64,000 nucleotides of DNA from a virus: positions 1-64,000 of the IMG/VR virus record IMGVR_UViG_3300013132_000025; one strand, given 5' to 3'. A program made the position numbers and the translations under genes. Of this stretch, positions 38,901 through 48,616 are shown piece after piece. Numbering within the stretch: position 1 is the first letter of the stretch; each line of letters begins with the position of its first letter. The notes under the pieces are model-generated. The model worked only from the letters and a program-made list of their open reading frames with translations, did not search any database and had not been told where the DNA came from.

Positions 38901-39688
38901 GAACTTGCAGATGGACTTTCGTTTCCTCCGCCGCCACCTCCATCGCCGCCACCAGAAGAGCCACCCGCAGTTAAAAATGTTTTTAGCCAATCTTGAGCAA
39001 GGTTATATCTGTCTTGCCAATCATTATTTACTTGGAATAATAGTGCTGCTCTTTGCATCCACGCCTCTGGCAGTGGTTCGATCCAAACATTGTCTGGATT
39101 CCATCCACCCACATCAACTAATAAAAAGTTAAGCATTGCAGCAAATCCGGTATCTTGAATGCTTGTATTAGATCCAACTTGTTGAGTTCCATTTGCTGAG
39201 GGTGTTGTTGCTAGATCTATTGGGGATAAAGCGTTGGGGTCGAAAAAAGAAATTCCACCCTCAGATAATTTTGGAACAAAACCATATTTTTGCAAAGTTT
39301 CGTAAACTTTAGGTAAACCGGGATCCCAGTAGGTGAATTCTAATCTTTTTAGAGTGCAACTTGCTTCAATTGTAAACGGTTCTGGCATTGCCTGAAAAAC
39401 AGGAACAAGATCTAAATAACCTGAAAAAATTAAAATAGGCTTTGTTTTTTTTAGGTAAACGACAATCCTATCCATTGGCCTAAGAAGTTGACTAAGAAGC
39501 ATCTCGTTTTCTTTATTTTTTCTACTCTGAACAAGAAAACTTGCCGTAGAAACTGCTTCTGTTCTTCTTGTGATATTGCCTTCAATAATATCGTTAGATA
39601 TATCAATTGGAGTATCTGAATCTCCCGGAAGAATATAGACTTGTACTTCTGGAGAATAAACAATTCTATTAAAATTAATCTGAGACAT
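35903..39688 (-). CDS. baseplate hub with lysozyme/glucosaminidase-like, Amidase_3 and NlpC/P60 domains
   Basis: IDPRFLAAVAAAET..G..YNMFG; IEAGH..E..ISIHHDA..TE; FDCSSF..GHV. Confidence 0.75.
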   Translation of the reverse strand: MSQINFNRIVYSPEVQVYILPGDSDTPIDISNDIIEGNITRRTEAVSTASFLVQSRKNKENEMLLSQLLRPMDRIVVYLKKTKPILIFSGYLDLVPVFQAMPEPFTIEASCTLKRLEFTYWDPGLPKVYETLQKYGFVPKLSEGGISFFDPNALSPIDLATTPSANGTQQVGSNTSIQDTGFAAMLNFLLVDVGGWNPDNVWIEPLPEAWMQRAALLFQVNNDWQDRYNLAQDWLKTFLTAGGSSGGGDGGGGGGNESPSASSAKLTNRSQIVSIINQNIKKNQYYQTDVTGEDFVKYGENYNIDPRFLAAVAAAETHYGTNGQGQAPEKGGYYNMFGLGKENRAFPSRVASIKASAQEIRQPKPNNYYLNGDPNQTVDGWIVNWTQNNQEHKNNVISFWKQMANSANPVDPTKPYSITGQGIGSASEPQTNPNTPNANNPSSNTGGSNTSLSVYIEAGHSDPRQPGYQNQAGDGTTYRRSNGKAVVERDANIAVVKEIERLYNALPQVTKDKININFAYTSRPQGWAGDVYISIHHDAATYNDNKIGMAYPSKDSRQGNLSKDPGLPGPNQYSDGGTGWTLPESGEGGRNIISEDNGLHKNSAQLANIFGEVASNISGKSVTGARDGARKGMRNYYGFYYTNSSAALITELPSDGTRLQYDITKMANSFLTTVIKYQDKVKAKNLQESIASGTEGAGGSGQINLGDDTPASKVIAAIRLAVDHNDTEGNWDLGYSMGIGGPANIPSRNDKATIEEVMAKTREQSRCFDCSSFIGAAMRSAGLISKNENQLTGNLESNSTIIADKTAYKPGHLFVSNTGAGGGHVCIVVSADGQVAECTRPDTSANYGERRGPQYSTVKRFIESDRYKLCEHNKIGTTTNPPSGGSSSGSGEGGTGSVNSFLLAKTVAFNVAFNFPGSLLESILLTGDRALENDVKLFESVGEICKASMRTFASLPNGDFMAWYPDYFNLSQKNPWLRVNTTEIKSCTISLSDRQLVTHVYVLGNPFGLNQSDASNIRLEWYEKLLGSGVVTIERPYILDSFLRPFENEDLTKEDIETLEDTSQLSADQIKSAKKRPRGSILEGQGSAYKFLERYGARPYLEKIPTIRHPIFEFFYAYHTFIQKWAEQFITRVELTFMPELFPGMIVELDVNPQIANYPKTSVTFYVKEVTHSFSYQNGFYTEALLMAPGTTNKGNQWAMALVAAPDQASDGESKRKRVRVKIPPKTRSRTGNSAGAARPGTGSGQSGTSYEPADAQDGDD

Positions 39689-40587
39689 TAAAACAATCTC
39701 CCAATGGAATTAGATATATCTTTTCCAAGGTCATTGATCCCCTTATTGCCGCCTTCAAATATTGCGCCGATCACGCTGGCAACGCTTCCAGAGCCTTTGA
39801 TTGCATTTTGTGCATTATTATATAAACTTCTATTAAATCCGCCAACTTCACTTTTGGGATTTTTAACTGCAATTTCATCAATTAATTGACCAACAATATA
39901 ATCTTTTTTATAATCATTGAACTTTTGCACCCAATATTTATCAGTATCAAAATTATATATAATTGTTTGTGCAGTTGTCCCAAACTTTTGCACATTATCA
40001 TTTAAATCTTTAAAGATTGTAAAATCAAAATTAAATTTAGGAGCAACTGGGACTCCTTTGTTTTGAGCATTAAATCCCCCCTGAAAAGATTCAATCACTC
40101 CCAAATAATCAATTTTAGCCGCTGGAATGTAAAGTCTAAATACATTTTCAGCATTTTGACTTGAGGCAATTTGCCCCTCTCTAATAAAGTCTGCTAAATC
40201 ATCATATTCATTTTCATCACGGCAAACTCCTTGCACATTTGCTGGAGTTAATTTGAATGAGTGGGTATAAGTTCTTGTATAATATTTAGAAACAGCAGAT
40301 GGGCCTATTGCAGAATATCCATATTTTGCTTCAGTAATCCATATATCAAAGCGACTATATTTAGTAATATTTCTTTTTGTATTTAATTTTTCTTCTTGGA
40401 AATAACCTTTATTTGTATTATCTAATAAAGTTCTTTGACTAGATACATCTGCTCCGCTATCTAGTGGGATTTTAATTTTTGCAAGGAAAGCATGAATTGT
40501 GTTACCTTTTTGAATTAGGTCAGAATTATTAGGAGGAGTCTTAAAACGATGCCTTGTTGGGGAAAAAGTTTCTCTTTCGTAAGCCAT
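39688..40587 (-). CDS. tail/baseplate protein
   Basis: Position after tape measure; likely ATG at 40587. Confidence 0.55.
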   Translation of the reverse strand: MAYERETFSPTRHRFKTPPNNSDLIQKGNTIHAFLAKIKIPLDSGADVSSQRTLLDNTNKGYFQEEKLNTKRNITKYSRFDIWITEAKYGYSAIGPSAVSKYYTRTYTHSFKLTPANVQGVCRDENEYDDLADFIREGQIASSQNAENVFRLYIPAAKIDYLGVIESFQGGFNAQNKGVPVAPKFNFDFTIFKDLNDNVQKFGTTAQTIIYNFDTDKYWVQKFNDYKKDYIVGQLIDEIAVKNPKSEVGGFNRSLYNNAQNAIKGSGSVASVIGAIFEGGNKGINDLGKDISNSIGRLF

Positions 40588-40594
40588 TTTGTTC

Positions 40595-41680
40595 CTATCC
40601 TCCCGTTCCAACAGTGTCAGCATTTGGGGGAGCAGGTACTCCAGAGCCTCTTGGTCCAGAGTGTGGTGTATACGGTCCTACTTGATAACTAAATCCTCTT
40701 GTTATCAATGTTTCAAGTTCTTTTTCGCTAAAATTTCCACCGATAAAATCTGAATATTTAGTTGCAACATCTTTTGCTGCTTGAGTTCTTGTTTCCTTAT
40801 TACTATATACTGGCTCAGACCATTCAATAAATTCAGAAAATCCAACACCATCTTTAAATCTTCCCAAAGCCTTTTTTGCTGTTGTGGTAACTTCTTGTTC
40901 AAAAGTATTTTGAAGATCTTCAATATAATCACATTTTAATTCCCATTGGGGCATTAACTCATCGTTTGCAAATCTTACTTGGGGAAAATCTAACGGACGG
41001 ATTCTCCAATGCCAATTAAGGTGAGGATAATGAAATACCATATTATTTTTATCAAAATTACCGGCTTGTGTAACGTAATAAAAATAACTTTTAAACCATT
41101 CGGCAAATTGAACCATTCCGCTTCTCATTGGTCCATCAACAAACTTTTTATAACCTTGGTTTTCGCTAAGGGAATACGCTATTTGTCCAACTCCAACTTC
41201 ATCTGGAAAATCTTCATAACGAGAAGCATATTGCTTATTAAAACCCCACATACCTTCTGCACCAAAAAATCCTCTTATAGTTAAATCTTCAATTGAAACG
41301 CCAAGTATTTGAATTACTTGACCTCCATATGTATCAATAACATTAGTTCTTAAACTATATTTCCAACTAACGTCATTCGGAGAAAGATATAGGGTAATCT
41401 TTTCTGGAAAACTTCCTTCAGAGATACTTGCTACTCCCGGAGCGCTAAAAGAACAAGTATTTTTTATACTTCTAACGCCGCCTCGAAAATAAGTTTTTTT
41501 ACCACCGTCATCTTTAGAGGCATCTCCAGTTTTTGAATTTACATCATCATCAGCCTGTTGAAGATAATCATTGTATTCGGCAGCATCTGGAAAATTAGAA
41601 CGCAAACGATCAAATCTTTTTACATATCTTTCCTGTATAGTATTTTCACCGGGTTTAGATATGGGTCTTATCTCAGGCAT
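40595..41680 (-). CDS. tail tube initiator/baseplate protein
   Basis: Follows tape measure; P..V.W.Y......TYGGQV.Q.LGV....L.I.G. Confidence 0.6.
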   Translation of the reverse strand: MPEIRPISKPGENTIQERYVKRFDRLRSNFPDAAEYNDYLQQADDDVNSKTGDASKDDGGKKTYFRGGVRSIKNTCSFSAPGVASISEGSFPEKITLYLSPNDVSWKYSLRTNVIDTYGGQVIQILGVSIEDLTIRGFFGAEGMWGFNKQYASRYEDFPDEVGVGQIAYSLSENQGYKKFVDGPMRSGMVQFAEWFKSYFYYVTQAGNFDKNNMVFHYPHLNWHWRIRPLDFPQVRFANDELMPQWELKCDYIEDLQNTFEQEVTTTAKKALGRFKDGVGFSEFIEWSEPVYSNKETRTQAAKDVATKYSDFIGGNFSEKELETLITRGFSYQVGPYTPHSGPRGSGVPAPPNADTVGTGG

Positions 41681-43977
41681 TATGGACCCCCGGGATTGGG
41701 AGTTGCTCTATTTTCTGGTCCGGGAGGAGCAACCATAACAAATTTACCTTGAGATGAGTTAGCGGCTTTGTTAAAGACATTAAACCATTTTTTAGCATCA
41801 TCGCTAAGACCAATCTTAATTTCGCCTTCTTTTTGAACTTTATTTTCCATTGCAGAAAGAACTTCTCTTTTAAACCCTTTAGAATCAAGTTTGTTTTCAT
41901 CAACTTTCTTTTGAATAAGTTTTCTCTGCTGTTCTGTAATCGCGCCACCCTCTTTATAACTAGACAACGCTCTAGTAAATTCTCCTTTAAGGGAATCAAG
42001 AACTCCTTTTGGAATATTTCCTTTAGTAGAATCCCACGTTACTCCCGGGCCTTCAAAAGAAATTCCATAACTTTCATTAAGAGTTTTCCATGCCTTCTTT
42101 GCTGCGCTCTCATTAGAACTTCCGGCTGTCATCAAAAGACTTGCTGCTCTTTCTGCATCAGTACCTTGTGCGGCTTCAATTGCTTTTGCTAAAGCCTCTT
42201 TATCTCCACTCATACGAGCATCATAAATATCTTTTACTTTTTCTTCAAAATCAGGGCCTTTTCCACCAATATCTATGTTTTCAAAATTAAGGCCACTGCG
42301 TTCTCTAAACATAGGAATCCCGGGGATTCCTCCTTCTGAAAGGCCTTCAAACCCAAAGTCTGTTGCGCCCTCTTGAGAAAGTTCTCTAAATCTTTTAAAT
42401 GCTTTCTTTCCAAGACCGCTTCTTGCTGCACGCTCTCCTCGTCTTCCTGTTCCCTGATAATATGCTTCATATCCTTTTCCAACTGCATCAATTTCTTTTC
42501 TTACTTTTGCTTGTGCCAAAACTTTAGGTGCTTGGTTGTACATCTCTCTAATAGCAGGAAGAGGTTTGTTCATCATTCCTGCAACTAGCATTAATGCTCT
42601 ATCCTTGTTTCCACCCGTTCTTTGGGCGATATCATCAACGGTTTTAACAAGCATCTTGATTCTTTCAGTCTCTACTTCGTCTGCCTTTTCCCCGCCTCCC
42701 ATAGCATAAGGCATATCTAGAGCAAGCGCAAGCATATCGTCGGAATTTCTAAACTGAGCGCCGGGACCGCCGCCCATAATTCCAGCCGCAAACAATCCTG
42801 ACATATCTGAAGAATTCAAAACTCCCTGAATCATAGATGCGTCTATGCCAGTAAAACTAGAGGCTATTTGCCCAGCCCTCATGCCAGAAGTCCCTACGGC
42901 TCCTCCTTGAAAAGTTGCAAAAGCCGCTTGACTTGTCTCTCTTGAATAATCTTGAACACTTTTACCAGCCATTCTAGCAGCAGGACCAAATTCTTTAATT
43001 AAATCTGCACTATCTTTTACGTCTGCCTTTAATTGCTTTACTGAAAGACTTAACATATCAATCGCACCGCTTATATCAATTGCAGTAGTATTAACAATAT
43101 CAGTTACGGCTTCTTCGACAGAAACTCTTTCTCCAAGATTTCTGAAGCCTGCTTGACTAACGCCTTGATTAATTTCTAAAGCCCTTTCGTAAGAAAGCAT
43201 ATCGAAAGGATTTAACGATCTTGTAAAAGCACGGTATCTAGTTTTAAATCCTTCTGACTGAGCAGGACTCATGCTGCTTCCAAAAAGTCCCCCTCCAAGC
43301 ATATTTGGATTTGTGCCTCCACTTAATATCATCGAAGGAAATGCCATCCTTCCTGAAACTAATGACCCAAAGGAAGATCCGCTTTGAGAAAATGATTCAT
43401 ATCCCGGGCCTTGATAACCCGCTAACATTCCCAATTCAGTAGGTTGAGTTACATATGGCTCAACTATCCTTTGGGCACCAGCATAGAAATTTTTTCCAAT
43501 GTTTTGGGGTAGGAAATTGGACGCAAGCGCTAGTGTTGAAGTGATACCTCCCCGCAAAATCATTGATCTTGCTAAGAAGTCATAAAATGGATTATCTTCG
43601 CTTCCTGAAAATATAGAATCAGATCTACCCTCTTTTGATACCCCCAATCCGGTTAATGCTTTGTTAAATATGCCAGAAGATTTTCCTCCAATTTGCCCCG
43701 GTTGTGGGGTTTGAGCATTCATATTAGAAGAGGGTCTTCCACCCCCGCCGCCAAGTCCACCACTTAAGTTTTGAATTGCCTGAGTAAGACTTTGGATTTT
43801 TTCCGTATTCTCTATCAGCGCAGCCTTATGTTGCTCAAGAACAGATGTAAAGTTTTGTTGAGATGCGCCTAAGCCAGTTTTTTCTTCATTAACTTTTCTA
43901 AATGCGCCCGTAAAAGTGTCCATTAAGACACCTTCCATATCTCTCCAATTAGTTACCTTTACATCTTGAGAAGCCAT
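41680..43977 (-). CDS. tape measure protein
   Basis: 765 aa, helical and Gly/Ala-rich, immediately after the tail chaperones. Confidence 0.7.
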   Translation of the reverse strand: MASQDVKVTNWRDMEGVLMDTFTGAFRKVNEEKTGLGASQQNFTSVLEQHKAALIENTEKIQSLTQAIQNLSGGLGGGGGRPSSNMNAQTPQPGQIGGKSSGIFNKALTGLGVSKEGRSDSIFSGSEDNPFYDFLARSMILRGGITSTLALASNFLPQNIGKNFYAGAQRIVEPYVTQPTELGMLAGYQGPGYESFSQSGSSFGSLVSGRMAFPSMILSGGTNPNMLGGGLFGSSMSPAQSEGFKTRYRAFTRSLNPFDMLSYERALEINQGVSQAGFRNLGERVSVEEAVTDIVNTTAIDISGAIDMLSLSVKQLKADVKDSADLIKEFGPAARMAGKSVQDYSRETSQAAFATFQGGAVGTSGMRAGQIASSFTGIDASMIQGVLNSSDMSGLFAAGIMGGGPGAQFRNSDDMLALALDMPYAMGGGEKADEVETERIKMLVKTVDDIAQRTGGNKDRALMLVAGMMNKPLPAIREMYNQAPKVLAQAKVRKEIDAVGKGYEAYYQGTGRRGERAARSGLGKKAFKRFRELSQEGATDFGFEGLSEGGIPGIPMFRERSGLNFENIDIGGKGPDFEEKVKDIYDARMSGDKEALAKAIEAAQGTDAERAASLLMTAGSSNESAAKKAWKTLNESYGISFEGPGVTWDSTKGNIPKGVLDSLKGEFTRALSSYKEGGAITEQQRKLIQKKVDENKLDSKGFKREVLSAMENKVQKEGEIKIGLSDDAKKWFNVFNKAANSSQGKFVMVAPPGPENRATPNPGGP

Positions 43978-43979
43978 GA

Positions 43980-44725
43980 TTAATTCTCCAACTCATCGGT
44001 TGACATTATATGAAGACCACTTAAGAAATCAGTAATTGACTGGAATTCTTCTGGAGAAGTTGGTACAATCTGCTCATACCCGTCCAAAGAATCTTCTTTA
44101 TTTAGATCATATATTTCTTGATATAAAGTTGGAAACGCTTGAACCATTGACTGCTTGAATTGCTCATTCTTGTTTTCATATTCATCTTCAATTTCCCAAA
44201 TAAGAAGAGCCGAGTTCATTTGATATGTCAGTTGGTTTAAGTGTTTTGAATTTCTGATAAGTCCTGCTCTATCAAGGGATCTGAGGAAGAATTTGAATTC
44301 CTCAGATCCGTCATTGATAAATTTTGGCTTTCCTCTATCGTCAGATAGACTTCATTTAATAAATCAAGATACTGCGCGTTAATAATTTCGATTACTGGCC
44401 AGTGCCAGTTTTTTCTAATATAATTAAACCTGTCTCTAATTGACTGAAGAACCGCATCGTCGTCAAATCTTGGCATAAAAGGCTTTTCGTTGATAGATAC
44501 AATTGATGCGGCTGCAATGGCTACGGCAACTGCCTTTTCTTCTGTAATTGTATCTTTATATTCTTTTACAAGTTGACCGACTGCAAGTTCTTCGTCAATT
44601 CTAAGAGTTTTAATTTCAAATTGATGACCTGACCATTCAAAAACTTTATTTAAATGACCGATATGTACAATCTGAACAAACCTATCCAAACTTTCTTTTG
44701 ATAAAAAATCCTGACTTGATTCCAA
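43980..44725 (-). CDS. tail assembly chaperone, frameshifted long form (GT-like, about 248 aa)
   Basis: -1 shift at A-AAT-TTA (44324..44318) opens a stop-free frame into ORF 43980..44219. Confidence 0.8.
44237..44725 (-). CDS. tail assembly chaperone, short form (G-like)
   Basis: 162 aa between tube and tape measure. Confidence 0.75.
   Translation of the reverse strand: MESSQDFLSKESLDRFVQIVHIGHLNKVFEWSGHQFEIKTLRIDEELAVGQLVKEYKDTITEEKAVAVAIAAASIVSINEKPFMPRFDDDAVLQSIRDRFNYIRKNWHWPVIEIINAQYLDLLNEVYLTIEESQNLSMTDLRNSNSSSDPLIEQDLSEIQNT
44277..44324 (-). other. programmed -1 frameshift signal
   Basis: Slippery AAATTTA, 8-nt spacer, 12-bp stem GGATCTGAGGAA/TTCCTCAGATCC. Confidence 0.85.
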
Positions 44726-44738
44726 TTCATTCTCCTAA

Positions 44739-45344
44739 TTATAGACCCCAAGGGGCATCTTTGACAGATCCAATACTATCAAATAGATCTGGATCATCTG
44801 CTGGGGTAACTGGGGCGGTGCTTGTGTTAATAAGTTTTGTATACCATACTGAGACTTGAAGAGGGTTGATTGTTGAATCAACTCTTGTTGTTTCATCTTC
44901 TCTTACGTCCACAATTCTTGCACCTAAGAATTCTTTTGTTCTAAATCCAGCATTTGGATTTGGATCACGAATCACTCTAACAAGTTTAATTTGACTTCCA
45001 TCATCTCCTGTTGCTGATGGATTTGTCATCATCCAGTTAAATAAGTCTGCTAGATCGTTAATCTTTGTATTTCCAAACGCAAGGCCTAACTGATCGTAGA
45101 TTGTTTTATCAAAACTTTCCATAATTGTCAAAGTAATTTCTCCGTGAGAAATTGCTCTAGGAACAATAACTTCAGTTGGCCTCAGATAATTCAAAGGATG
45201 AACTTCGACAGCAGGCGCAATTGGTTGGGGAGACCTGTGAGCAACTTCTTGACATAGAATAAATGTACTTTGCTTACTAGCCGATCCGATAAAGGCCCAA
45301 GCCGTAAATGCGGAACCTGTCTGTCTTACTCTGTTAATAGCCAT
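44739..45344 (-). CDS. tail tube protein
   Basis: 201 aa directly after the sheath. Confidence 0.7.
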   Translation of the reverse strand: MAINRVRQTGSAFTAWAFIGSASKQSTFILCQEVAHRSPQPIAPAVEVHPLNYLRPTEVIVPRAISHGEITLTIMESFDKTIYDQLGLAFGNTKINDLADLFNWMMTNPSATGDDGSQIKLVRVIRDPNPNAGFRTKEFLGARIVDVREDETTRVDSTINPLQVSVWYTKLINTSTAPVTPADDPDLFDSIGSVKDAPWGL

Positions 45345-45360
45345 TTTATATTCTTACTCC

Positions 45361-47196
45361 TTATAAGATTAGGTTAATTCCGCCACCAGAAGCGGTGTTG
45401 GTTGCGCCAGTAAGACTAATTCCAAATGTAATCTGGACATAGTGTACTGTGTAAACTGGCTTGTATTGCCAACGAACTTCGACTACAGTAGGATCACTTG
45501 CAGAAATCCTTGCTGCTAATCCATTGTAAGCGGTTAGTTGTCCCAAGTTGACTAGACTTCTAAGAACCTGATCAACAATTGAAGCAACTTTACCGGGAGC
45601 CGCAGCATCTGCAAAGATTTGTCCAATTACGGAATCATCAAGTGCTGTTGTTACTCTTTTAATCATATTATTTCTTTGAAGAGCAACTGGAAATTCTCTT
45701 TTATTAATGTCGCTTGGAGTAGTTGTGATTTCGTGACGTACTCTAATAGATCCTGTGCTTGAAATCTGTTCAACTACTAGAAGGCCAGAGGCGGCATCAG
45801 TATTCTTGTCTAGAGTCGTTCTTTCATCTTTAACAACAGAAAGTCCTGCTACTTGTTTTCTAGTCAGAGAGGTCGCAACATCTCTTCCTGCGTGCATTCC
45901 CGCGAGGGCTGCTGCAACAAATTGACCGCCAATATTAGTATTGACGCTAAGAAAACTGTTGTAATAAGAAAATACTGCTGGGGATAAGAGACAGATATCT
46001 CCTGCTGTATCTGAATCTCCTCCCAAAGTTAACGCTTGGGATCTTAGACTTTCTTTTGAAACCGCAGTAGAAGAGCCGTCCATGCCGAGAATTGAAGTCT
46101 TAAAGATATTTCTTAACTTCATTTTGACAATGTGCGCCTGAACAAGACTAAATACATTTGTTTCTCCAGTAAGAGGAACAATTAGTTGACCGTCTTCATC
46201 ATCTTCTAGTTTTAAAAGCGCATTTTCATAATCCGAAGTTGTAGCGCTTGGAGGAACTGCAACGGCAACTAGAGAAGATGCTCCATTTAAGATAGACAAT
46301 TTAGCAGCAAACGACAACTCAGAATCAATATTTCCGGTTGCGTCAAAAGCATCTCCATATTTATCCACTACATCGTTAAAATCTGAAAAAATAGTTGGTT
46401 TCCAATAGTCTACATCAGCATAGTCGTATTGAACAGTAACCGTGTCTCCACTATCAATTCCGGGGACTGGGGTTGGATACCCAGTAGGATCAATAGTATT
46501 GTCTGTATAAGTTGTCGCGGTTCCATTATTGATTGTTGGGATATTAGCCGCAGTTCCGGGAAGTTTATAGAACGGACCCCAACTTGGGTTTAGATTTGTT
46601 CCTAAGTTTTCTGAACGATATACATTTCTTCCAATAACTGTAACAGAGGCATTAGCGGTTCCAATGCTTGAAATTGTAACAGTATCCACAGGGTCATCTA
46701 GAGTCACCGTTCCTGTAACGCCACCGATTCCGCTTTCATAAGAGGTTGTCCCTCCCCCGCTGTTAATATCAAGAACATAAGAAACAGCGTATTGATATTG
46801 ACCGGCAGGAACTACGGTTCCTACGGCTGTTGCTGGGGTTGCGGTTGGAGTGCCGGGGTACGGTACTGCGCGAATCGTTGTTGTTTCATCACCAGTGGCG
46901 GTTCCCGCTGTCTGATTGATGATAAAATTACCCGGTCCAATTACTTCGTAAGAAACTGGCTTTGTAACAGTAAAAGACAAATTTGGGGTTGTTGCTGTTC
47001 CGATAACAATACCCTTTTTGCCCAGCGTTACGGTTGCAGTTCCGTCTAAAACAACATTTTCACTATAAGTTTGATAACCTCTAGATTCTCCAATTAAAAC
47101 CGGAACAACTTGAGATGGAACATTGCCCGGAGTTAATGGTGAAGGCTGAAGTTCTCTTACCGGAAGAACTCCGGGTGGTACATATGCCATTGCCAT
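45361..47196 (-). CDS. tail sheath protein
   Basis: 611 aa; YVPPGV N-terminus, AAALAG..A...SLT.K, VRH..TT, C-terminal V...YKPVY..HYV. Confidence 0.85.
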   Translation of the reverse strand: MAMAYVPPGVLPVRELQPSPLTPGNVPSQVVPVLIGESRGYQTYSENVVLDGTATVTLGKKGIVIGTATTPNLSFTVTKPVSYEVIGPGNFIINQTAGTATGDETTTIRAVPYPGTPTATPATAVGTVVPAGQYQYAVSYVLDINSGGGTTSYESGIGGVTGTVTLDDPVDTVTISSIGTANASVTVIGRNVYRSENLGTNLNPSWGPFYKLPGTAANIPTINNGTATTYTDNTIDPTGYPTPVPGIDSGDTVTVQYDYADVDYWKPTIFSDFNDVVDKYGDAFDATGNIDSELSFAAKLSILNGASSLVAVAVPPSATTSDYENALLKLEDDEDGQLIVPLTGETNVFSLVQAHIVKMKLRNIFKTSILGMDGSSTAVSKESLRSQALTLGGDSDTAGDICLLSPAVFSYYNSFLSVNTNIGGQFVAAALAGMHAGRDVATSLTRKQVAGLSVVKDERTTLDKNTDAASGLLVVEQISSTGSIRVRHEITTTPSDINKREFPVALQRNNMIKRVTTALDDSVIGQIFADAAAPGKVASIVDQVLRSLVNLGQLTAYNGLAARISASDPTVVEVRWQYKPVYTVHYVQITFGISLTGATNTASGGGINLIL

Positions 47197-47276
47197 TAGA
47201 AAACCATCCTTTTCGCTTGCTGCTTAATTAAATGTCTACCTATTAAGATTTAAGAAAACGAATACTTTATAGGAAA

Positions 47277-47939
47277 TTATTCAATCTCTTTACCCAGTTT
47301 CAAAGAAATGTCTTGGAATGGGCCTCCAACATAGGTTGTATCAATCTGAATACCCTCAACAAATTGCTGGTAAATAGAGCCAGAATCGAAGGTTCCAATA
47401 CATCCAAAATTATACCCAACTGTGTAAATTCTTTGGTCTGTAAGACCCCAAGACGCTCCACTCATAGTCTGTTCAGCAACAGGTTCTAGGCTTCCAATTG
47501 ATAATTGAACATCCACCCTTGCTTCGCTTTCAATAAGTCTTCTGAACGGAACATTCATAACGCGACCAAACGACAGCATATTAACTACGCTGTCTGAAAT
47601 AAAATCTCTATCCATAGACGTTAGGGCAAAGATTTCCAAGGTAATAACTCCCTCAAAATACCATTTTTGTGCAATATTATCATCATCATAATAATCTATG
47701 TGACCAATTCCAGCACTTTTAAGACTTCTTTCTTGAAACCCAACAATTAATGATGGATATTGCTCCGGTCTTTGAGGATATTCAATAGTAATATGTGATT
47801 TTGTTAACAATTCTGAAGATTTATAGCCGGGGAAATATGTTTCTTGATTATTAAAAACGGCTTGGAACGCTGTAACTACTGAGCGTTTTACTTCCATCTT
47901 GTAGTTAATAGGCGCTCTTAACATGCTTGTATTAGACAT
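47277..47939 (-). CDS. tail terminator/neck protein
   Basis: Before the sheath; IEYP....YP.LIV.F; start estimated. Confidence 0.55.
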   Translation of the reverse strand: MSNTSMLRAPINYKMEVKRSVVTAFQAVFNNQETYFPGYKSSELLTKSHITIEYPQRPEQYPSLIVGFQERSLKSAGIGHIDYYDDDNIAQKWYFEGVITLEIFALTSMDRDFISDSVVNMLSFGRVMNVPFRRLIESEARVDVQLSIGSLEPVAEQTMSGASWGLTDQRIYTVGYNFGCIGTFDSGSIYQQFVEGIQIDTTYVGGPFQDISLKLGKEIE

Positions 47940-48606
47940 AACCCCAACCATCTTCACCGCTATAATCGGCTAATGTTGTACCACTATTGATTTCAATTTC
48001 ATAAGTTGGATCAGATCTGGGGATTCTAACCGCTTCGAAATTTTGAGAAACAACAATATCTGTATTTTCTATATAATTTGTTTCTGAATTCATATATCCA
48101 CGATTTAATTCTGCTCTTAAAGGTACTGGAAAGACTTTTTGGACTCTATACCTATCTCCAGTACCTGTAATTGTAATAGGGCCTGTTGGGTTTGGCATAT
48201 CAATTCTTACTGTAATTATTAAATCACCATCTTGAATGAAAGGCATCCAAGGGGCGACTCCTGATGTGACAAATATCTTAAAATAACCAGTTCTATTTGG
48301 GCTGTCGTCATCAATCATCATATTACCATCCCCAAGAGTGAGATAAGTAAAATAACCATCACTCCAACCGGCACTAAATCCAAGGTTGCTACCGACTGTT
48401 GAACTTTGTTCATAAACATCATCAAATGTCTCGTCCCATTCAGTACGGCCAACAGCAACATCATCTGTGTTGTAAATACGCTTAATTACAACAGGATTTC
48501 CATATCTAAACATATAATCAAATACAGATTGACGAACATTTTTAACTTCGGCTGGAGTAGAATTGTCATCATATCCATATTTGAACATCATGTTTTCAAT
48601 AGCCAT
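47932..48606 (-). CDS. head-tail connector/neck protein
   Basis: Synteny; likely ATG at 48606 (the longer track ORF overlaps its neighbour). Confidence 0.55.
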   Translation of the reverse strand: MAIENMMFKYGYDDNSTPAEVKNVRQSVFDYMFRYGNPVVIKRIYNTDDVAVGRTEWDETFDDVYEQSSTVGSNLGFSAGWSDGYFTYLTLGDGNMMIDDDSPNRTGYFKIFVTSGVAPWMPFIQDGDLIITVRIDMPNPTGPITITGTGDRYRVQKVFPVPLRAELNRGYMNSETNYIENTDIVVSQNFEAVRIPRSDPTYEIEINSGTTLADYSGEDGWGYV

Positions 48607-48616
48607 GCTAATAACC

